From positions 64,001-128,000 of IMG/VR virus record IMGVR_UViG_3300042731_005759: a DNA stretch of 64,000 nucleotides. One strand, 5' to 3'. The DNA is from a virus. A program made the position numbers and the translations under genes. Positions 10,027-20,469 of the stretch are shown here, piece after piece; position 1 is the stretch's first letter, and every line of letters begins with the position of its first letter. Below the pieces are notes generated by a model. That model worked only from the letters and a program-made list of their open reading frames with translations, was not told the DNA's origin and made no database searches.

Positions 10027-10037
10027 AAAAATATAAT

Positions 10038-11033
10038 ATGGCAATAAAGAAAAAAGATTTTAAAAGTATTAAGTCGAAGTTTTCGAAACAGGCAAAGTTT
10101 AAGTCTGATAAGTTCCTCGACTTAGGAGATTCTTTCTTAGACGCTACAGGTCTACCAGGTCCCGCAATGGGACATATCAATATGTTCTTAGGACATTCTG
10201 ATACGGGTAAGACAACTGCACTTGTAAAAACTGCGGTAGATGCACAAAAGAAAGGAATATTACCTGTCTTTATTATCACAGAACAAAAATGGGATTTCCC
10301 TCATGCAAAATTGATGGGGTTAGAAATCGAGGAAGTGGTAGATGAAGAAACAGGTGAGATTGAATACGACGGATTTTTCTTATTCAACAACCAATTTCAA
10401 TATATAGAACAAATTACAGATTATATCAATGAACTATTGGATGCACAACAAAAAGGTGAGATCGAATATGATTTACTTTTCTTGTGGGATTCAGTAGGTT
10501 CAGTACCGTGTAAAATGACCTTCGATGGTAAAGGTGGTAAACAACACAACGCATCTGTATTATCTGATAAGATTGGTATGGGTTTGAATCAGAGAATTTC
10601 AGGTTCAAGAAGAGTAGATTCTACATATACTAACACTTTAGTTATTGTGAATCAACCATGGGTAGAATTACCAGACAATCCATTTAGTCAACCAAAAATT
10701 AAGGCGAAAGGTGGTGAGTCGATATGGTTAAATTCGACCTTGGTATTCAGATTTGGAAATCAGAAAAATGCGGGAACCAATCCTATCTCAGCGGTTAAAG
10801 ACAAGAGAAAGGTGAAGTTCGCGACAAGAACAAAGATTTCTATTATGAAAAACCACGTAAATGGTTTGGGTTATGAAGATGGAAAGATCATCGTAACCGC
10901 ACACGGTTTTTTGAGTGGTAAAGATGCTGTGGAGGAGAAAAAGTCTTTAGAGGCGTACAAATCCGAACACGCAGAGTATTGGAAGAGACAGTTAGGTATA
11001 GACGGAGACTTTGATATCAGAGAGGAAGAGTAA
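10038..11033 (+). CDS. uvsX: RecA/UvsX-like recombinase
   Basis: Walker A GHSDTGKTT, Walker B LFLWDSVGS, VIVNQ, KAKGG and KISIMKNH motifs; follows SSB. Confidence 0.85.
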   Translation: MAIKKKDFKSIKSKFSKQAKFKSDKFLDLGDSFLDATGLPGPAMGHINMFLGHSDTGKTTALVKTAVDAQKKGILPVFIITEQKWDFPHAKLMGLEIEEVVDEETGEIEYDGFFLFNNQFQYIEQITDYINELLDAQQKGEIEYDLLFLWDSVGSVPCKMTFDGKGGKQHNASVLSDKIGMGLNQRISGSRRVDSTYTNTLVIVNQPWVELPDNPFSQPKIKAKGGESIWLNSTLVFRFGNQKNAGTNPISAVKDKRKVKFATRTKISIMKNHVNGLGYEDGKIIVTAHGFLSGKDAVEEKKSLEAYKSEHAEYWKRQLGIDGDFDIREEE

Positions 11034-11068
11034 TACCAACGATTTGTTTAACCTTTAAAAAGGTATAA

Positions 11069-12082
11069 ATGTCAGTTTTATTAGTAGACGGAGATAACTT
11101 ATTAACTATTGGATTTTTTGGAGTAAAAAATTACTTCTACAAAGGAGAACACATAGGAGGTATTTATCATTTTTTAAACACATTAAGAAGGTCTTTTGAA
11201 AATTATCGTTTAGATAAAATTGTTGTTTTTTGGGATGGTGAAAATGGTTCACAAACTCGAAGAAAGATATACCACAAATACAAGGAAAACAGACGAGAAA
11301 GAGTTCGATCTGACAAAGAAAAAGAATCTTATAGTAGACAACGAAGAAGAGTTCAACAATACTTAGAAGAGTTGTACGTTAGACAAGGTGAGTTCGAATT
11401 CTGTGAAACAGATGACTGTATCGCATACTACTCACAAAACACAAATGAAAATTGTATTGTCTATTCCTCTGATGGGGATTTAGCACAATTAGTTTCGGAC
11501 AATGTGAAGGTGTATAACCCCTCTCACAGAAAACTTTACGAACAAAATGATATAATACCTTACGATAAGGAAGATATCCACATACAGAACGTTAAAATCG
11601 TTAAGATGATGTGTGGAGATCGGTCTGATAATATCGCGGGCATTAGAAACATGGGAATCAAAAAGTTTTTGTCCTTGTTTCCTGAAATAAAAGAGAGACC
11701 AATCACAGTACAAGAAGTGGTTGACAAATCAAATTCTCTCTTTGAAGAGGATAAAAATAACACCACATTAAAAAATCTTCTTACGGGTGTCACAAAGTAC
11801 GGAGTTTTTGGAGAAGAGTTCTTCTCTCTAAATGAAAGTATTGTGAGTTTAGATGAACCTTTCCTAACAGACGAGGCAAGGGAAACTATAACAGCACTTA
11901 TAAATGAAGATTTGGATCCCGAGGGAAGATCCTATAAAAACACAATGAAGATGATGATGGAGGATGGAATATTTACGGTTCTCCCTAAATCAGACGATGC
12001 GTGGATAAAATTCCTCAACCCTTTCCTTAGATTAACTCGAAAGGAAAAAAATAAACGTGTTATAAAAATAAAAAAACAATGA
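11069..12082 (+). CDS. 5'-3' exonuclease / flap endonuclease (T4 RNase H, Pol I 5'-exo family)
   Basis: LLVDG, WDG, YKENR, ETDD, SSDGDLAQL and GDRSDNIAGIRNMGIKK (H3TH) motifs. Confidence 0.9.
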   Translation: MSVLLVDGDNLLTIGFFGVKNYFYKGEHIGGIYHFLNTLRRSFENYRLDKIVVFWDGENGSQTRRKIYHKYKENRRERVRSDKEKESYSRQRRRVQQYLEELYVRQGEFEFCETDDCIAYYSQNTNENCIVYSSDGDLAQLVSDNVKVYNPSHRKLYEQNDIIPYDKEDIHIQNVKIVKMMCGDRSDNIAGIRNMGIKKFLSLFPEIKERPITVQEVVDKSNSLFEEDKNNTTLKNLLTGVTKYGVFGEEFFSLNESIVSLDEPFLTDEARETITALINEDLDPEGRSYKNTMKMMMEDGIFTVLPKSDDAWIKFLNPFLRLTRKEKNKRVIKIKKQ

Positions 12083-12531
12083 GTAGTAACGACACAACTA
12101 AATTAGAATTTCTGTTAACCCTGAAGGGTAACATTATTTGTCAAAGATTCTTCAACGTAAGGAATTACAACCCTCAAGTTAGAAGATCATTAAATCTTCA
12201 CTACGCAGTAAAAAATATTTGTGAAGAAATTAGTCAAGATTTGAAAGAAAAAACTTTGGAATATCTACACGAAAATCCAAATTATTTTCCTGTTTCAGGG
12301 GGTAATGAAGAGGACGGACCAGACCTTTCAGAGTACTTCCAACTAGAGATTAAGCAAAATGATGAAGTATTTATTTCAAGGATATTCTCCGCACATATCT
12401 ATCATCCGAAAGTAAGATATTCAGTGGATATTCGTCCCAAACTTAGAAGGTTCTTAGGGGATCTAAGCGAGACCCTTTCTTCAAACAAAATTATAACAAA
12501 ATATATAAATTACGATTTAACTAAAATTTAG
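12079..12531 (+). CDS. Hypothetical protein
   Basis: 150-aa ORF translationally coupled (ATGA-type overlap) within the replication operon. Confidence 0.75.
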   Translation: MSSNDTTKLEFLLTLKGNIICQRFFNVRNYNPQVRRSLNLHYAVKNICEEISQDLKEKTLEYLHENPNYFPVSGGNEEDGPDLSEYFQLEIKQNDEVFISRIFSAHIYHPKVRYSVDIRPKLRRFLGDLSETLSSNKIITKYINYDLTKI

Positions 12532-12538
12532 AAGTATT

Positions 12539-13942
12539 ATGAGTGAGATGACTGAAAAAACATTTGAAAACTTAGGAAATGGATTCCAACAAACATTAAT
12601 AAAATCAATCATAGAGGATCCAAAATATGGTGAACAAATCATAGATGTCTTAGAACCAAAATACTTCGAGAATAATTCATTTAGATATATCGTTCAGAAC
12701 ATAAGAGAGTTGAATGAGGTATATAGAAGAATACCCAATTACTCAACTCTAAAACAAAAAATAATGGAGGATACCGCTACAAATCCTATGAGTGGTAAAA
12801 TCCATACCGATACGTTATTTGGTATTGAAGAGTTAGATGAAAAAACTCATGGACCAACTTACGTAAAAGACACGGCACTTAACTTTTGTAGACAACAAAA
12901 CTTAAAAAAAACTCTTAAAAAAGTTCATGGTATCATGGACGATGGTAATTTCCAAGAGTATGATAAGATCACTGACTTAATCAACGAGGCATTACAAGTC
13001 GGTGTTGGTGATGATGACATCTCTGATATTACAGAAAATGTTCTTGAGTCTTTAGAGAAAGATACAAGAACACCCATAGCTACAGGTATAGGTGGTTTAG
13101 ACGATCTATTAAAAGGTGGTTTAGGTCATGGTGAATTAGGGATGGTTATTGCACCAACAGGTACAGGTAAAACGACTATTCTAACTAAGTTCGCGAATAC
13201 GGCGGTTAATCTTGGGTTCAACGTCGTACACATCTTTTTTGAGGATAGAGAATCTGAAATTAGAAAAAAACACTACACTATTTGGACAGGTAAGGATAGC
13301 GATTGGCAAGTTGAGACTCAAGAAAATAAACTTGAAACTGCGAGAGTAGTCGAGGAAAGACAACAAAGAGATGGGTTCGGAAGACTTAAACTCATTAAGA
13401 TGAATAGTGATACAACTACTGTAGGTGATATCAGAAGAAAATTAAGAAAGTTAGAGAGTACGGATTTTAAGATTGACGTGATAATTATAGATTACATCGA
13501 TTGTGTCGGATCTGATAAAGGAGTCTTCGGTGAAGAATGGAAAGGTGAAGGTTCAGTAATTAGATCAGTCGAATCTATGTGTGCGGAAATGAATGTTGCA
13601 ATATGGACTGCAGCACAAGGAAACCGAGGTTCCATATCCGCTGACATTGTAAATGTAGACGATATGGGTGGCTCGATTAAAAAGGCACAATCGGCGCACG
13701 TTATCATCTCAATTGCAAAAAGTTTAGAACAAAAAGAAGGGAAGACCGCCAATGTTACACTTGTGAAATCAAGAATTGGTAGAGACGGTGTTAACTTCCT
13801 GAACTGTAAGTTCGACAACCAATATTTGGATATTGACGTAACAGAACAAGAAACATTGTTAGGTCACCAAATTAGAAAAGAGAACGATGGACTGCAGAGA
13901 GCACAGGAACTCTACAAGAAATCTAAAGGAATTAATAATTAA
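12539..13942 (+). CDS. dnaB: Replicative DNA helicase (DnaB / T4 gp41 family)
   Basis: [21 protein letters not shown] Walker A, IIIDYID Walker B, WTAAQGNR and KSRIGRDG motifs. Confidence 0.9.
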   Translation: MSEMTEKTFENLGNGFQQTLIKSIIEDPKYGEQIIDVLEPKYFENNSFRYIVQNIRELNEVYRRIPNYSTLKQKIMEDTATNPMSGKIHTDTLFGIEELDEKTHGPTYVKDTALNFCRQQNLKKTLKKVHGIMDDGNFQEYDKITDLINEALQVGVGDDDISDITENVLESLEKDTRTPIATGIGGLDDLLKGGLGHGELGMVIAPTGTGKTTILTKFANTAVNLGFNVVHIFFEDRESEIRKKHYTIWTGKDSDWQVETQENKLETARVVEERQQRDGFGRLKLIKMNSDTTTVGDIRRKLRKLESTDFKIDVIIIDYIDCVGSDKGVFGEEWKGEGSVIRSVESMCAEMNVAIWTAAQGNRGSISADIVNVDDMGGSIKKAQSAHVIISIAKSLEQKEGKTANVTLVKSRIGRDGVNFLNCKFDNQYLDIDVTEQETLLGHQIRKENDGLQRAQELYKKSKGINN

Positions 13943-13955
13943 TAAATTTTATACT

Positions 13956-14930
13956 ATGGCAGAAAAAATCTTACAAGAAAACCCAGGACGTTTTGTCCTT
14001 TTTCCAATAGAACATCATGATATTTGGAAATACTATAAACAACAAGAGGCGAGTTTTTGGACCGCAGAGGAGATCGACTTAGCACAGGATGTGAATGATT
14101 GGTCTAACAAACTTAACGACGATGAAAGACACTTCGTAAAACATGTCTTAGCGTTCTTTGCCGCGTCGGATGGGATTGTTAATGAAAACCTTGCGGAAAA
14201 TTTCGTAAATGAAGTTCAATATACAGAAGCGAAGTTCTTTTATGGATTCCAAATTGCAATGGAAAACATTCACTCAGAAACATATTCGTTGTTAATAGAC
14301 ACCTATATCAAAGACACTGATGAACAAAATAAATTATTTAATGCAATTGAAACAATTCCCGCAATCAAAAAGAAGGCGGAATGGGCACTTAAATGGATAG
14401 AGTCAGATTCATTCGCAGAGAGACTTATTGCGTTCGCGGCAGTCGAGGGGATTTTCTTTTCGGGATCATTTTGTTCTATTTTCTGGCTCAAGAAAAGAGG
14501 TTTAATGCCAGGTTTAACTTTTTCTAATGAACTTATATCCAGAGATGAAGGTTTGCACTGTGATTTTGCGTGTCATTTGTACAATGAACACATCTCTAAA
14601 AAACTTACACAAAAGAGAATTAAAGAGATTATTCTTTCCGCTTTAGAGATTGAAAAAGAATTCATTTTAGAGGCACTACCTGTTAGATTGATTGGTATGA
14701 ATTCTGATCTAATGTCTCAGTACCTTGAATTTGTTACTGATAGATTATTAGATTCATTGGGCGTAGCTAAACACTTTAAGTCAGAGAACCCTTTTGATTT
14801 TATGCAGAATATCGCATTACAAGGTAAGACTAACTTCTTTGAGAAGAGAGTTGCCGAGTATCAAAAGGCGGGAGTTAATAACGATACCGAAGAAGATTTA
14901 GATTCTGCGTTCGGTGATATGGATTTTTAA
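13956..14930 (+). CDS. nrdB: Ribonucleotide reductase class Ia beta subunit
   Basis: [48 protein letters not shown] and KTNFFEKRV motifs. ATG 13956 preferred. Confidence 0.97.
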   Translation: MAEKILQENPGRFVLFPIEHHDIWKYYKQQEASFWTAEEIDLAQDVNDWSNKLNDDERHFVKHVLAFFAASDGIVNENLAENFVNEVQYTEAKFFYGFQIAMENIHSETYSLLIDTYIKDTDEQNKLFNAIETIPAIKKKAEWALKWIESDSFAERLIAFAAVEGIFFSGSFCSIFWLKKRGLMPGLTFSNELISRDEGLHCDFACHLYNEHISKKLTQKRIKEIILSALEIEKEFILEALPVRLIGMNSDLMSQYLEFVTDRLLDSLGVAKHFKSENPFDFMQNIALQGKTNFFEKRVAEYQKAGVNNDTEEDLDSAFGDMDF

Positions 14931-14942
14931 ATACGAATACAG

Positions 14943-17393
14943 ATGAAAGTAAAAAAGAGAGACGGTTCTTTAGAAGAAATGAGATATGATAAGATCACAA
15001 GGAGAATATCTGCCTTGTGTTCTGATTTGAATTTAGAGTATGTTGACCCAACATATATTACCTTAAAGGTAACTCAAGGGATATACGATGAGATTAGTAC
15101 AACTGAATTAGATCAGTTGGCTGCAGAAACCGCAGCTTCAATGACAACAACGCATCCTGATTATGCGAAATTAGCGGGAAGAGTTGCGGTTACTAATCTT
15201 CATAAGACAACACCAAAAAAGTTCTCATTGGCAATTAAAGAACTATACTCTTTTGTTGAACCAAGAACAGGTAAAGAATCATCTTTAATCTCTGATGAAC
15301 TTTACAAGTTTGTTATGAAAAATAAGTCTGTTATTGACGGAGCAATAGTACAGGAAAGAGATTTTGATTTTGATTATTTCGGTTTTAAAACTTTAGAAAG
15401 ATCTTATCTATTAAAGATAAGTAACAGAATTGTTGAAAGACCACAATATATGTACATGAGAGTTGCATTAGGTATATGTAATGGTGATATCGAAATGGGT
15501 TTGAGAATCTATGATGATTTATCACAACATTTCTATACTCACGCAACACCAACATTATTTAATGCGGGAACAAGAAGACCACAAATGTCATCTTGTTTCT
15601 TAATAGGAAATAAGGGGGACGACATCAATGGATTATTTGATACAATCAAGGATGTTGCAAACATTTCAAAATGGGCAGGTGGTATTGGATTACACGTACA
15701 CGATGTGAGAGCTAAAGGTTCTTATATCAAAGGTACGGGTGGTGAGTCAGACGGACTATTACCAATGATGAAAACCTACAATGAAGTTGCAAGATGGATC
15801 AATCAAGGTGGTAAAAGAAAAGGTTCATTCGCAATTTATCTTGAACCATGGCACTCAGATATTTTTGAATTTATCGATTTAAGAAAAAATCATGGTAAAG
15901 AAGAAATGAGAGCAAGAGATTTATTCCTTGCAATGTGGACTCCTGATCTCTTTATGAAAAGAGTAGAAGAAGATGGTGAGTGGACTTTATTCTCACCTGA
16001 TGAGGCACCTGGTTTATCAGATGTATACGATTCACCTGAATCAAAAGACTTCACAGAACTTTATACAAAATATGAAGAAGAAGGAAGAGGAAGAAGAGTT
16101 GTGAAGGCGAGAAAATTGATGGACGCAATTCTCACCGCACAGATTGAAACAGGAACACCTTATATGTTATATAAGGATGCTGCGAATAGTAAATCAAACC
16201 AAAAGAATTTAGGTACTATTAAGTCATCAAATTTGTGTACTGAAATTATCGAGTATAGTTCACCAACTGAACAGGCGGTTTGTAATCTCGCATCAATCGC
16301 ATTACCTAAGTACATTGTTGACGGTGAATTTAATCATGATTTATTATATGAATATGTTTACCAAGTTGTAAGAAACTTAAACAACGTTATCGATTTAAAT
16401 TTCTATCCAACAGAAGAAACAAAAAGATCTAATTTTAGACACAGACCTGTTGGTCTTGGAGTACAAGGTTTAGCAGATGTATTTTGTAGTTTAAGAATTC
16501 CTTTTGAGTCTGAAACAGCGGATGATCTACAAACAGATATATTTGAGACAATATATTTTGCGGCCATGACATCTTCAAAAGATATTTCTAAAGAAGTTGG
16601 TCCATACGAGTCTATCTCAGGGTCACCAATAGAGAAGGGAATCTTCCAATATCAGATGTGGGGACTTAAAGACAAAGACTTATCAGGTAGATGGAATTGG
16701 AAAGAACTTAGAAAAGAAGTTGTTAAATATGGTGTAAGAAACTCATTGTTATTTGCACCAATGCCAACGGCATCAACTGCACAGATTCTTGGTAATAATG
16801 AGGCGTTCGAACCATTTACAACAAACTTATATTCAAGAAGAACTTTAGGTGGGGAGTTTATTGTGATTAATAAACACTTAGTGAAAGAACTTATGGAAAA
16901 TGATCTATGGAGTGATGAGATCAAAGACAAGTTAATTATGGAGAACGGTTCTGTTCAAAATATACCTGAAATACCAACAGAAATTAAAGAGATTTATAAA
17001 ACTGTTTGGGAAATGTCACAGAAAACACTTCTGAAGATGGCGGCGAGAAGATCCGTATTTATTGATCAATCACAATCACTAAACCTTTTCATTAGTAACG
17101 CAACTAAAGCGAAGTTATTGGCGGCACACTTATTCGGTTGGAAGTTAGGTTTAAAAACAGGTATGTACTATCTAAGAACTCGTTCAGCGGTAGATCCGTT
17201 AAAAGGGTTAGGTATTAGTACACAAAGAACAAAACCAAATCCCGAAAACACTGAAGAAACTTCAGAAAAAGTAGAAAACCCAACACCAACATCTAATTCT
17301 ATTATAAGTGAAAATAAAGAATTAGTGATGGTAAATTCACAAGTTGAGAGACCAGACGATTCTCCATTTGACTGTGAAGGTTGTGGGTCTTAA
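14943..17393 (+). CDS. nrdA: Ribonucleotide reductase class Ia alpha subunit with ATP-cone
   Basis: N-terminal VKKRDG ATP cone, HATPTLFNAG, SSCF, SSNLCTEI, VCNLAS, APMPTAST, KTGMYYLR and C-terminal CEGCGS. Confidence 0.97.
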   Translation: MKVKKRDGSLEEMRYDKITRRISALCSDLNLEYVDPTYITLKVTQGIYDEISTTELDQLAAETAASMTTTHPDYAKLAGRVAVTNLHKTTPKKFSLAIKELYSFVEPRTGKESSLISDELYKFVMKNKSVIDGAIVQERDFDFDYFGFKTLERSYLLKISNRIVERPQYMYMRVALGICNGDIEMGLRIYDDLSQHFYTHATPTLFNAGTRRPQMSSCFLIGNKGDDINGLFDTIKDVANISKWAGGIGLHVHDVRAKGSYIKGTGGESDGLLPMMKTYNEVARWINQGGKRKGSFAIYLEPWHSDIFEFIDLRKNHGKEEMRARDLFLAMWTPDLFMKRVEEDGEWTLFSPDEAPGLSDVYDSPESKDFTELYTKYEEEGRGRRVVKARKLMDAILTAQIETGTPYMLYKDAANSKSNQKNLGTIKSSNLCTEIIEYSSPTEQAVCNLASIALPKYIVDGEFNHDLLYEYVYQVVRNLNNVIDLNFYPTEETKRSNFRHRPVGLGVQGLADVFCSLRIPFESETADDLQTDIFETIYFAAMTSSKDISKEVGPYESISGSPIEKGIFQYQMWGLKDKDLSGRWNWKELRKEVVKYGVRNSLLFAPMPTASTAQILGNNEAFEPFTTNLYSRRTLGGEFIVINKHLVKELMENDLWSDEIKDKLIMENGSVQNIPEIPTEIKEIYKTVWEMSQKTLLKMAARRSVFIDQSQSLNLFISNATKAKLLAAHLFGWKLGLKTGMYYLRTRSAVDPLKGLGISTQRTKPNPENTEETSEKVENPTPTSNSIISENKELVMVNSQVERPDDSPFDCEGCGS

Positions 17394-18057
17394 AAAAATC
17401 AAGTATATATTTTATTCAGGTGGGTATGATTCAACATCATACCTACTTGAGTGCTTGGTAAAAAACAAACTTATTGTACAACCATTAGTCGTTATAACTT
17501 CATATATCGACGGTACTGAAGATAGGATGAGACCGTCTTTCTTTCATGAAAAAATCTCAAGAGAGAATTTCTATCGTAAATTCAAAAGTACTTACCCAAA
17601 ACTAAAAGACAATTTATTACCTGAGATCACAATAAACGATGTTACTTTAGACGAAGAAACAAAAGAGATAGGTGTAGAAGGATATAATGAAGGTTTATTT
17701 ACAAGAAAAACAAATCAACTACTATATTTTCATCAGGTCTGTAAAAATGAGGGTTATGATAAAGTATCGATAACTTACCAAAAAGATGATCCCTTTAGTG
17801 GTAGAATTAGGAAATACATAAATAAAGATAATCCACCCAAATCAATGGGTTGGGCAAAACATTTAGAGTTTCCTCTTATAGATAAAACTAAAAAAAACAT
17901 TTTAGAAGAATCTATAGAAAATGGGTATGAACAATTCTTATATGAGACATGGAGTTGTTGGTACCCAAATGAAGATAACCAACCCTGTGGAAAATGTGCG
18001 TTGTGTGAAATAACAATAGTAGAAACAACTTTAGAAATTCCTAAAACGATAATTTAG
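17383..18057 (+). CDS. queC: QueC-like PP-loop ATPase (7-cyano-7-deazaguanine synthase family), divergent
   Basis: SGGYDS PP-loop and C-terminal TWSCWYP-x5-PCGKCALC Zn motif. No in-frame ATG before the PP-loop; GTG 17383 overlapping the nrdA end is the likely start (uncertain). Confidence 0.6.
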   Translation: MGLKKIKYIFYSGGYDSTSYLLECLVKNKLIVQPLVVITSYIDGTEDRMRPSFFHEKISRENFYRKFKSTYPKLKDNLLPEITINDVTLDEETKEIGVEGYNEGLFTRKTNQLLYFHQVCKNEGYDKVSITYQKDDPFSGRIRKYINKDNPPKSMGWAKHLEFPLIDKTKKNILEESIENGYEQFLYETWSCWYPNEDNQPCGKCALCEITIVETTLEIPKTII

Positions 18058-18062
18058 AATAT

Positions 18063-18090
18063 AACCCATCAATTTGATGGGTTTTTATTT
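18063..18090 (+). terminator. Intrinsic terminator ending the replication/nucleotide operon
   Basis: AACCCATCA-ATT-TGATGGGTT perfect stem followed by TTTATTT. Confidence 0.8.
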
Positions 18091-18123
18091 ATACTCATTT
18101 TGTTATTGATTATATTTATTAGT

Positions 18124-18576
18124 ATGGCAATAACCTATGGTATAGATTTCCCCTTTAGAGAAAGTATTAAGGGAGATTACTTGAAAATGACAACCACTCC
18201 CGAAAGAGAGGTTAGGGCGAACTTGATTCACCTAATCTTAACTAAAAAGGGTAGTAGGTTTTATTTGCCAGATTTCGGTACAAGAATATATGAATATATA
18301 TTCGATCAGAATGATATGGTAACATTTAATCTGATTGAAGAAGAAATTAGAGAGGGTTGTAAAAAATACTTACCAAATCTCGATATAAACTCAATAAAGG
18401 TTATCTCATCGGAAGACGATGATGATCCTGTAACGACTGTAGATGAAGAAACAGATGATAGAATTTTTAGGTTAGGAGACGAAACCACTAAACCATATAC
18501 CGCAAAAGTTAAAATAGACTATACGGTTAATAACGGAGCGTTTACATCATCAGATTTTGTAATAATTAATATATAA
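18124..18576 (+). CDS. Baseplate wedge subunit, T4 gp25/gpW-like
   Basis: YGIDFPF...NLIHLILTKKGSRFYLPDFGTRIYEYIFD; ATG 18124 follows a TATTTAT motif. Confidence 0.9.
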   Translation: MAITYGIDFPFRESIKGDYLKMTTTPEREVRANLIHLILTKKGSRFYLPDFGTRIYEYIFDQNDMVTFNLIEEEIREGCKKYLPNLDINSIKVISSEDDDDPVTTVDEETDDRIFRLGDETTKPYTAKVKIDYTVNNGAFTSSDFVIINI

Positions 18577-18577
18577 G

Positions 18578-20410
18578 ATGGCAAAGAAAATATCATACGC
18601 TAAAAGAGATTTCGCAGGGTTAAGACAAGATCTTGTCAACCTAACCAATGACTATTATCCTGATTTAATAAAAAACACAAATGACGCATCGATCTATTCA
18701 GTATTATTAGATCTAAACGCTGCCATCGGTGATAACCTACATTATCACATTGATAGAGTGTGGCAAGAAACGATGTTAGACTTCGCACAACAAAGAAGAT
18801 CGTTATTCCACATCGCTAAGACTTATGGTATAAGATTACCAGGTAATAGACCTTCGGTTGCTTTATGTGACTTTTCAATAAACGTTCCTGTAAGAGGTGA
18901 TAAAGAAGATGAAAGATATCTTGGTATACTCAAGGCGGGGGCACAAGTTTCAGGTGGTGGACAAACATTTGAAACAGTAGAAGATACAGATTTTTCAAAT
19001 CCATTCAATAACAAGGGAGAACCAAATAGGTTAAAGATTCCAAACTTCGATTCAAACAATAAGTTAATTTCTTATACCATTACAAAGAGAGAGGCAGTAG
19101 TAAATGGTGTGTCAAGGATTTTTAGAAGGGTAATAACAAAACAAGATCAAAAACCATTTCTTAAATTGTTTTTACCTGAAAAGAATGTTTTAGGGGTAGT
19201 TTCTATAATCCATAAGGAAGGTTCTAACTTGACATCAAATCCAAGTTCATCTGAATTTAGTTCAGAACAGAATAGGTGGTACGAGGTAAAAAGTCTTATG
19301 GAGGACAAAATATTTTTACCAGATAAAACTTCCGCTTCTGACAAGGATAATTTCACCGCGGGTGAATACAAACGAGTAACAAATAAATTTATCACGGAGT
19401 ATACTCCTGAAGGATTTATGTCAGTCACTTTTGGTTCGGGTAGTGTAGATCCTTTAGATAATTTAGATTCGTATAACTCAGGTAACTTGAAAGTTAACTT
19501 AGGTACATACTTAAACAATTTATCTTTAGGGTCAGTACCTAAATCAAACAATACTATTTTCATCAAATATAGAATTGGTGGAGGTAAGGATAGTAATTTA
19601 GGTGTTAATGTTATTACGTCAGTAAATAATGTTGAGTTTAATGTAAATGGACCACTATCAAATGTTAATAATCAAGTGGTACAATCATTAAACGTAACAA
19701 ATGTTACTCCCGCTGTTGGAGGTGCGGATCAACCAACAGTAGAAGAAATAAGAAACTTGGTAGGTTACAACTTTGCAGCACAAAACAGGGCGGTAACCTT
19801 AAATGATTATAAATCTTTGATTGAAACGATGCCATCTACATACGGTGCACCAGCCAAAGTAAATGTGATGGAAGAAGATAACAAGATTAAAATCAAACTT
19901 TTATCATATGATGATTCAGGTAATCTCACAGACACAGTATCTAATACATTAAAGAACAATATATTAAGGTACCTTGCAAACTACAGAATGATTAACGATT
20001 ATTTAGATATCGTTAGTGGTGAGGTTGTGGACCTCGGTCTTGAGATTGATTTAGTTATTGATAAAAATATTACACAATCCGAAGTATTAAAAGAGGTCAT
20101 AACAAGTGCTACTGAGTTTATGAGTATCGAGGGTAGAAAAATGGGTGACCCATTATTCCTCGGAGAACTACAGAAAAATGTTTCTGATATTACAGGAATA
20201 GTAAATGTAGTAAACTTAAAAGTCTATGGTAAAACAGGGGGAGAGTACTCAACTTCAGAAGTATCACAAGACTATGTAGACGATACCACAAAAGAAATAC
20301 AACAATCTGATTCAACGATTTACATGAAAAGTAATCAAATCTTCCAAATCAGATTTCCTAACAAAGACATAAAAGTTAGAGTAAAAACGTTAGGTTCCAC
20401 TACATTTTAA
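18578..20410 (+). CDS. Baseplate wedge subunit, T4 gp6 / baseplate J-like
   Basis: RDFAGLRQDL, YHIDRVWQETMLDFAQQRRSL, YRIGGG, AVGGADQPTVEEIR and AQNRAVTLNDY motifs; follows gp25. Confidence 0.9.
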   Translation: MAKKISYAKRDFAGLRQDLVNLTNDYYPDLIKNTNDASIYSVLLDLNAAIGDNLHYHIDRVWQETMLDFAQQRRSLFHIAKTYGIRLPGNRPSVALCDFSINVPVRGDKEDERYLGILKAGAQVSGGGQTFETVEDTDFSNPFNNKGEPNRLKIPNFDSNNKLISYTITKREAVVNGVSRIFRRVITKQDQKPFLKLFLPEKNVLGVVSIIHKEGSNLTSNPSSSEFSSEQNRWYEVKSLMEDKIFLPDKTSASDKDNFTAGEYKRVTNKFITEYTPEGFMSVTFGSGSVDPLDNLDSYNSGNLKVNLGTYLNNLSLGSVPKSNNTIFIKYRIGGGKDSNLGVNVITSVNNVEFNVNGPLSNVNNQVVQSLNVTNVTPAVGGADQPTVEEIRNLVGYNFAAQNRAVTLNDYKSLIETMPSTYGAPAKVNVMEEDNKIKIKLLSYDDSGNLTDTVSNTLKNNILRYLANYRMINDYLDIVSGEVVDLGLEIDLVIDKNITQSEVLKEVITSATEFMSIEGRKMGDPLFLGELQKNVSDITGIVNVVNLKVYGKTGGEYSTSEVSQDYVDDTTKEIQQSDSTIYMKSNQIFQIRFPNKDIKVRVKTLGSTTF

Positions 20411-20469
20411 TTTTTCTTTTCTGTATTATTAATAATTAGGGAAAATAGGTTCCAATCTATTTATATGAT

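Noticed and set aside
12539-17393. Inteins or introns in helicase, nrdB or nrdA
   Set aside because: Lengths and motif spacing are normal, with no insertions or splice motifs.
17385-17400. Possible +1 frameshift fusing nrdA to the QueC-like ORF at TCT-TAA-AAAAA
   Set aside because: tRNA re-pairing from UCU to CUU is poor, NrdA needs its free C-terminal CxxC tail, and a GTG start at 17383 explains the ORF more simply.
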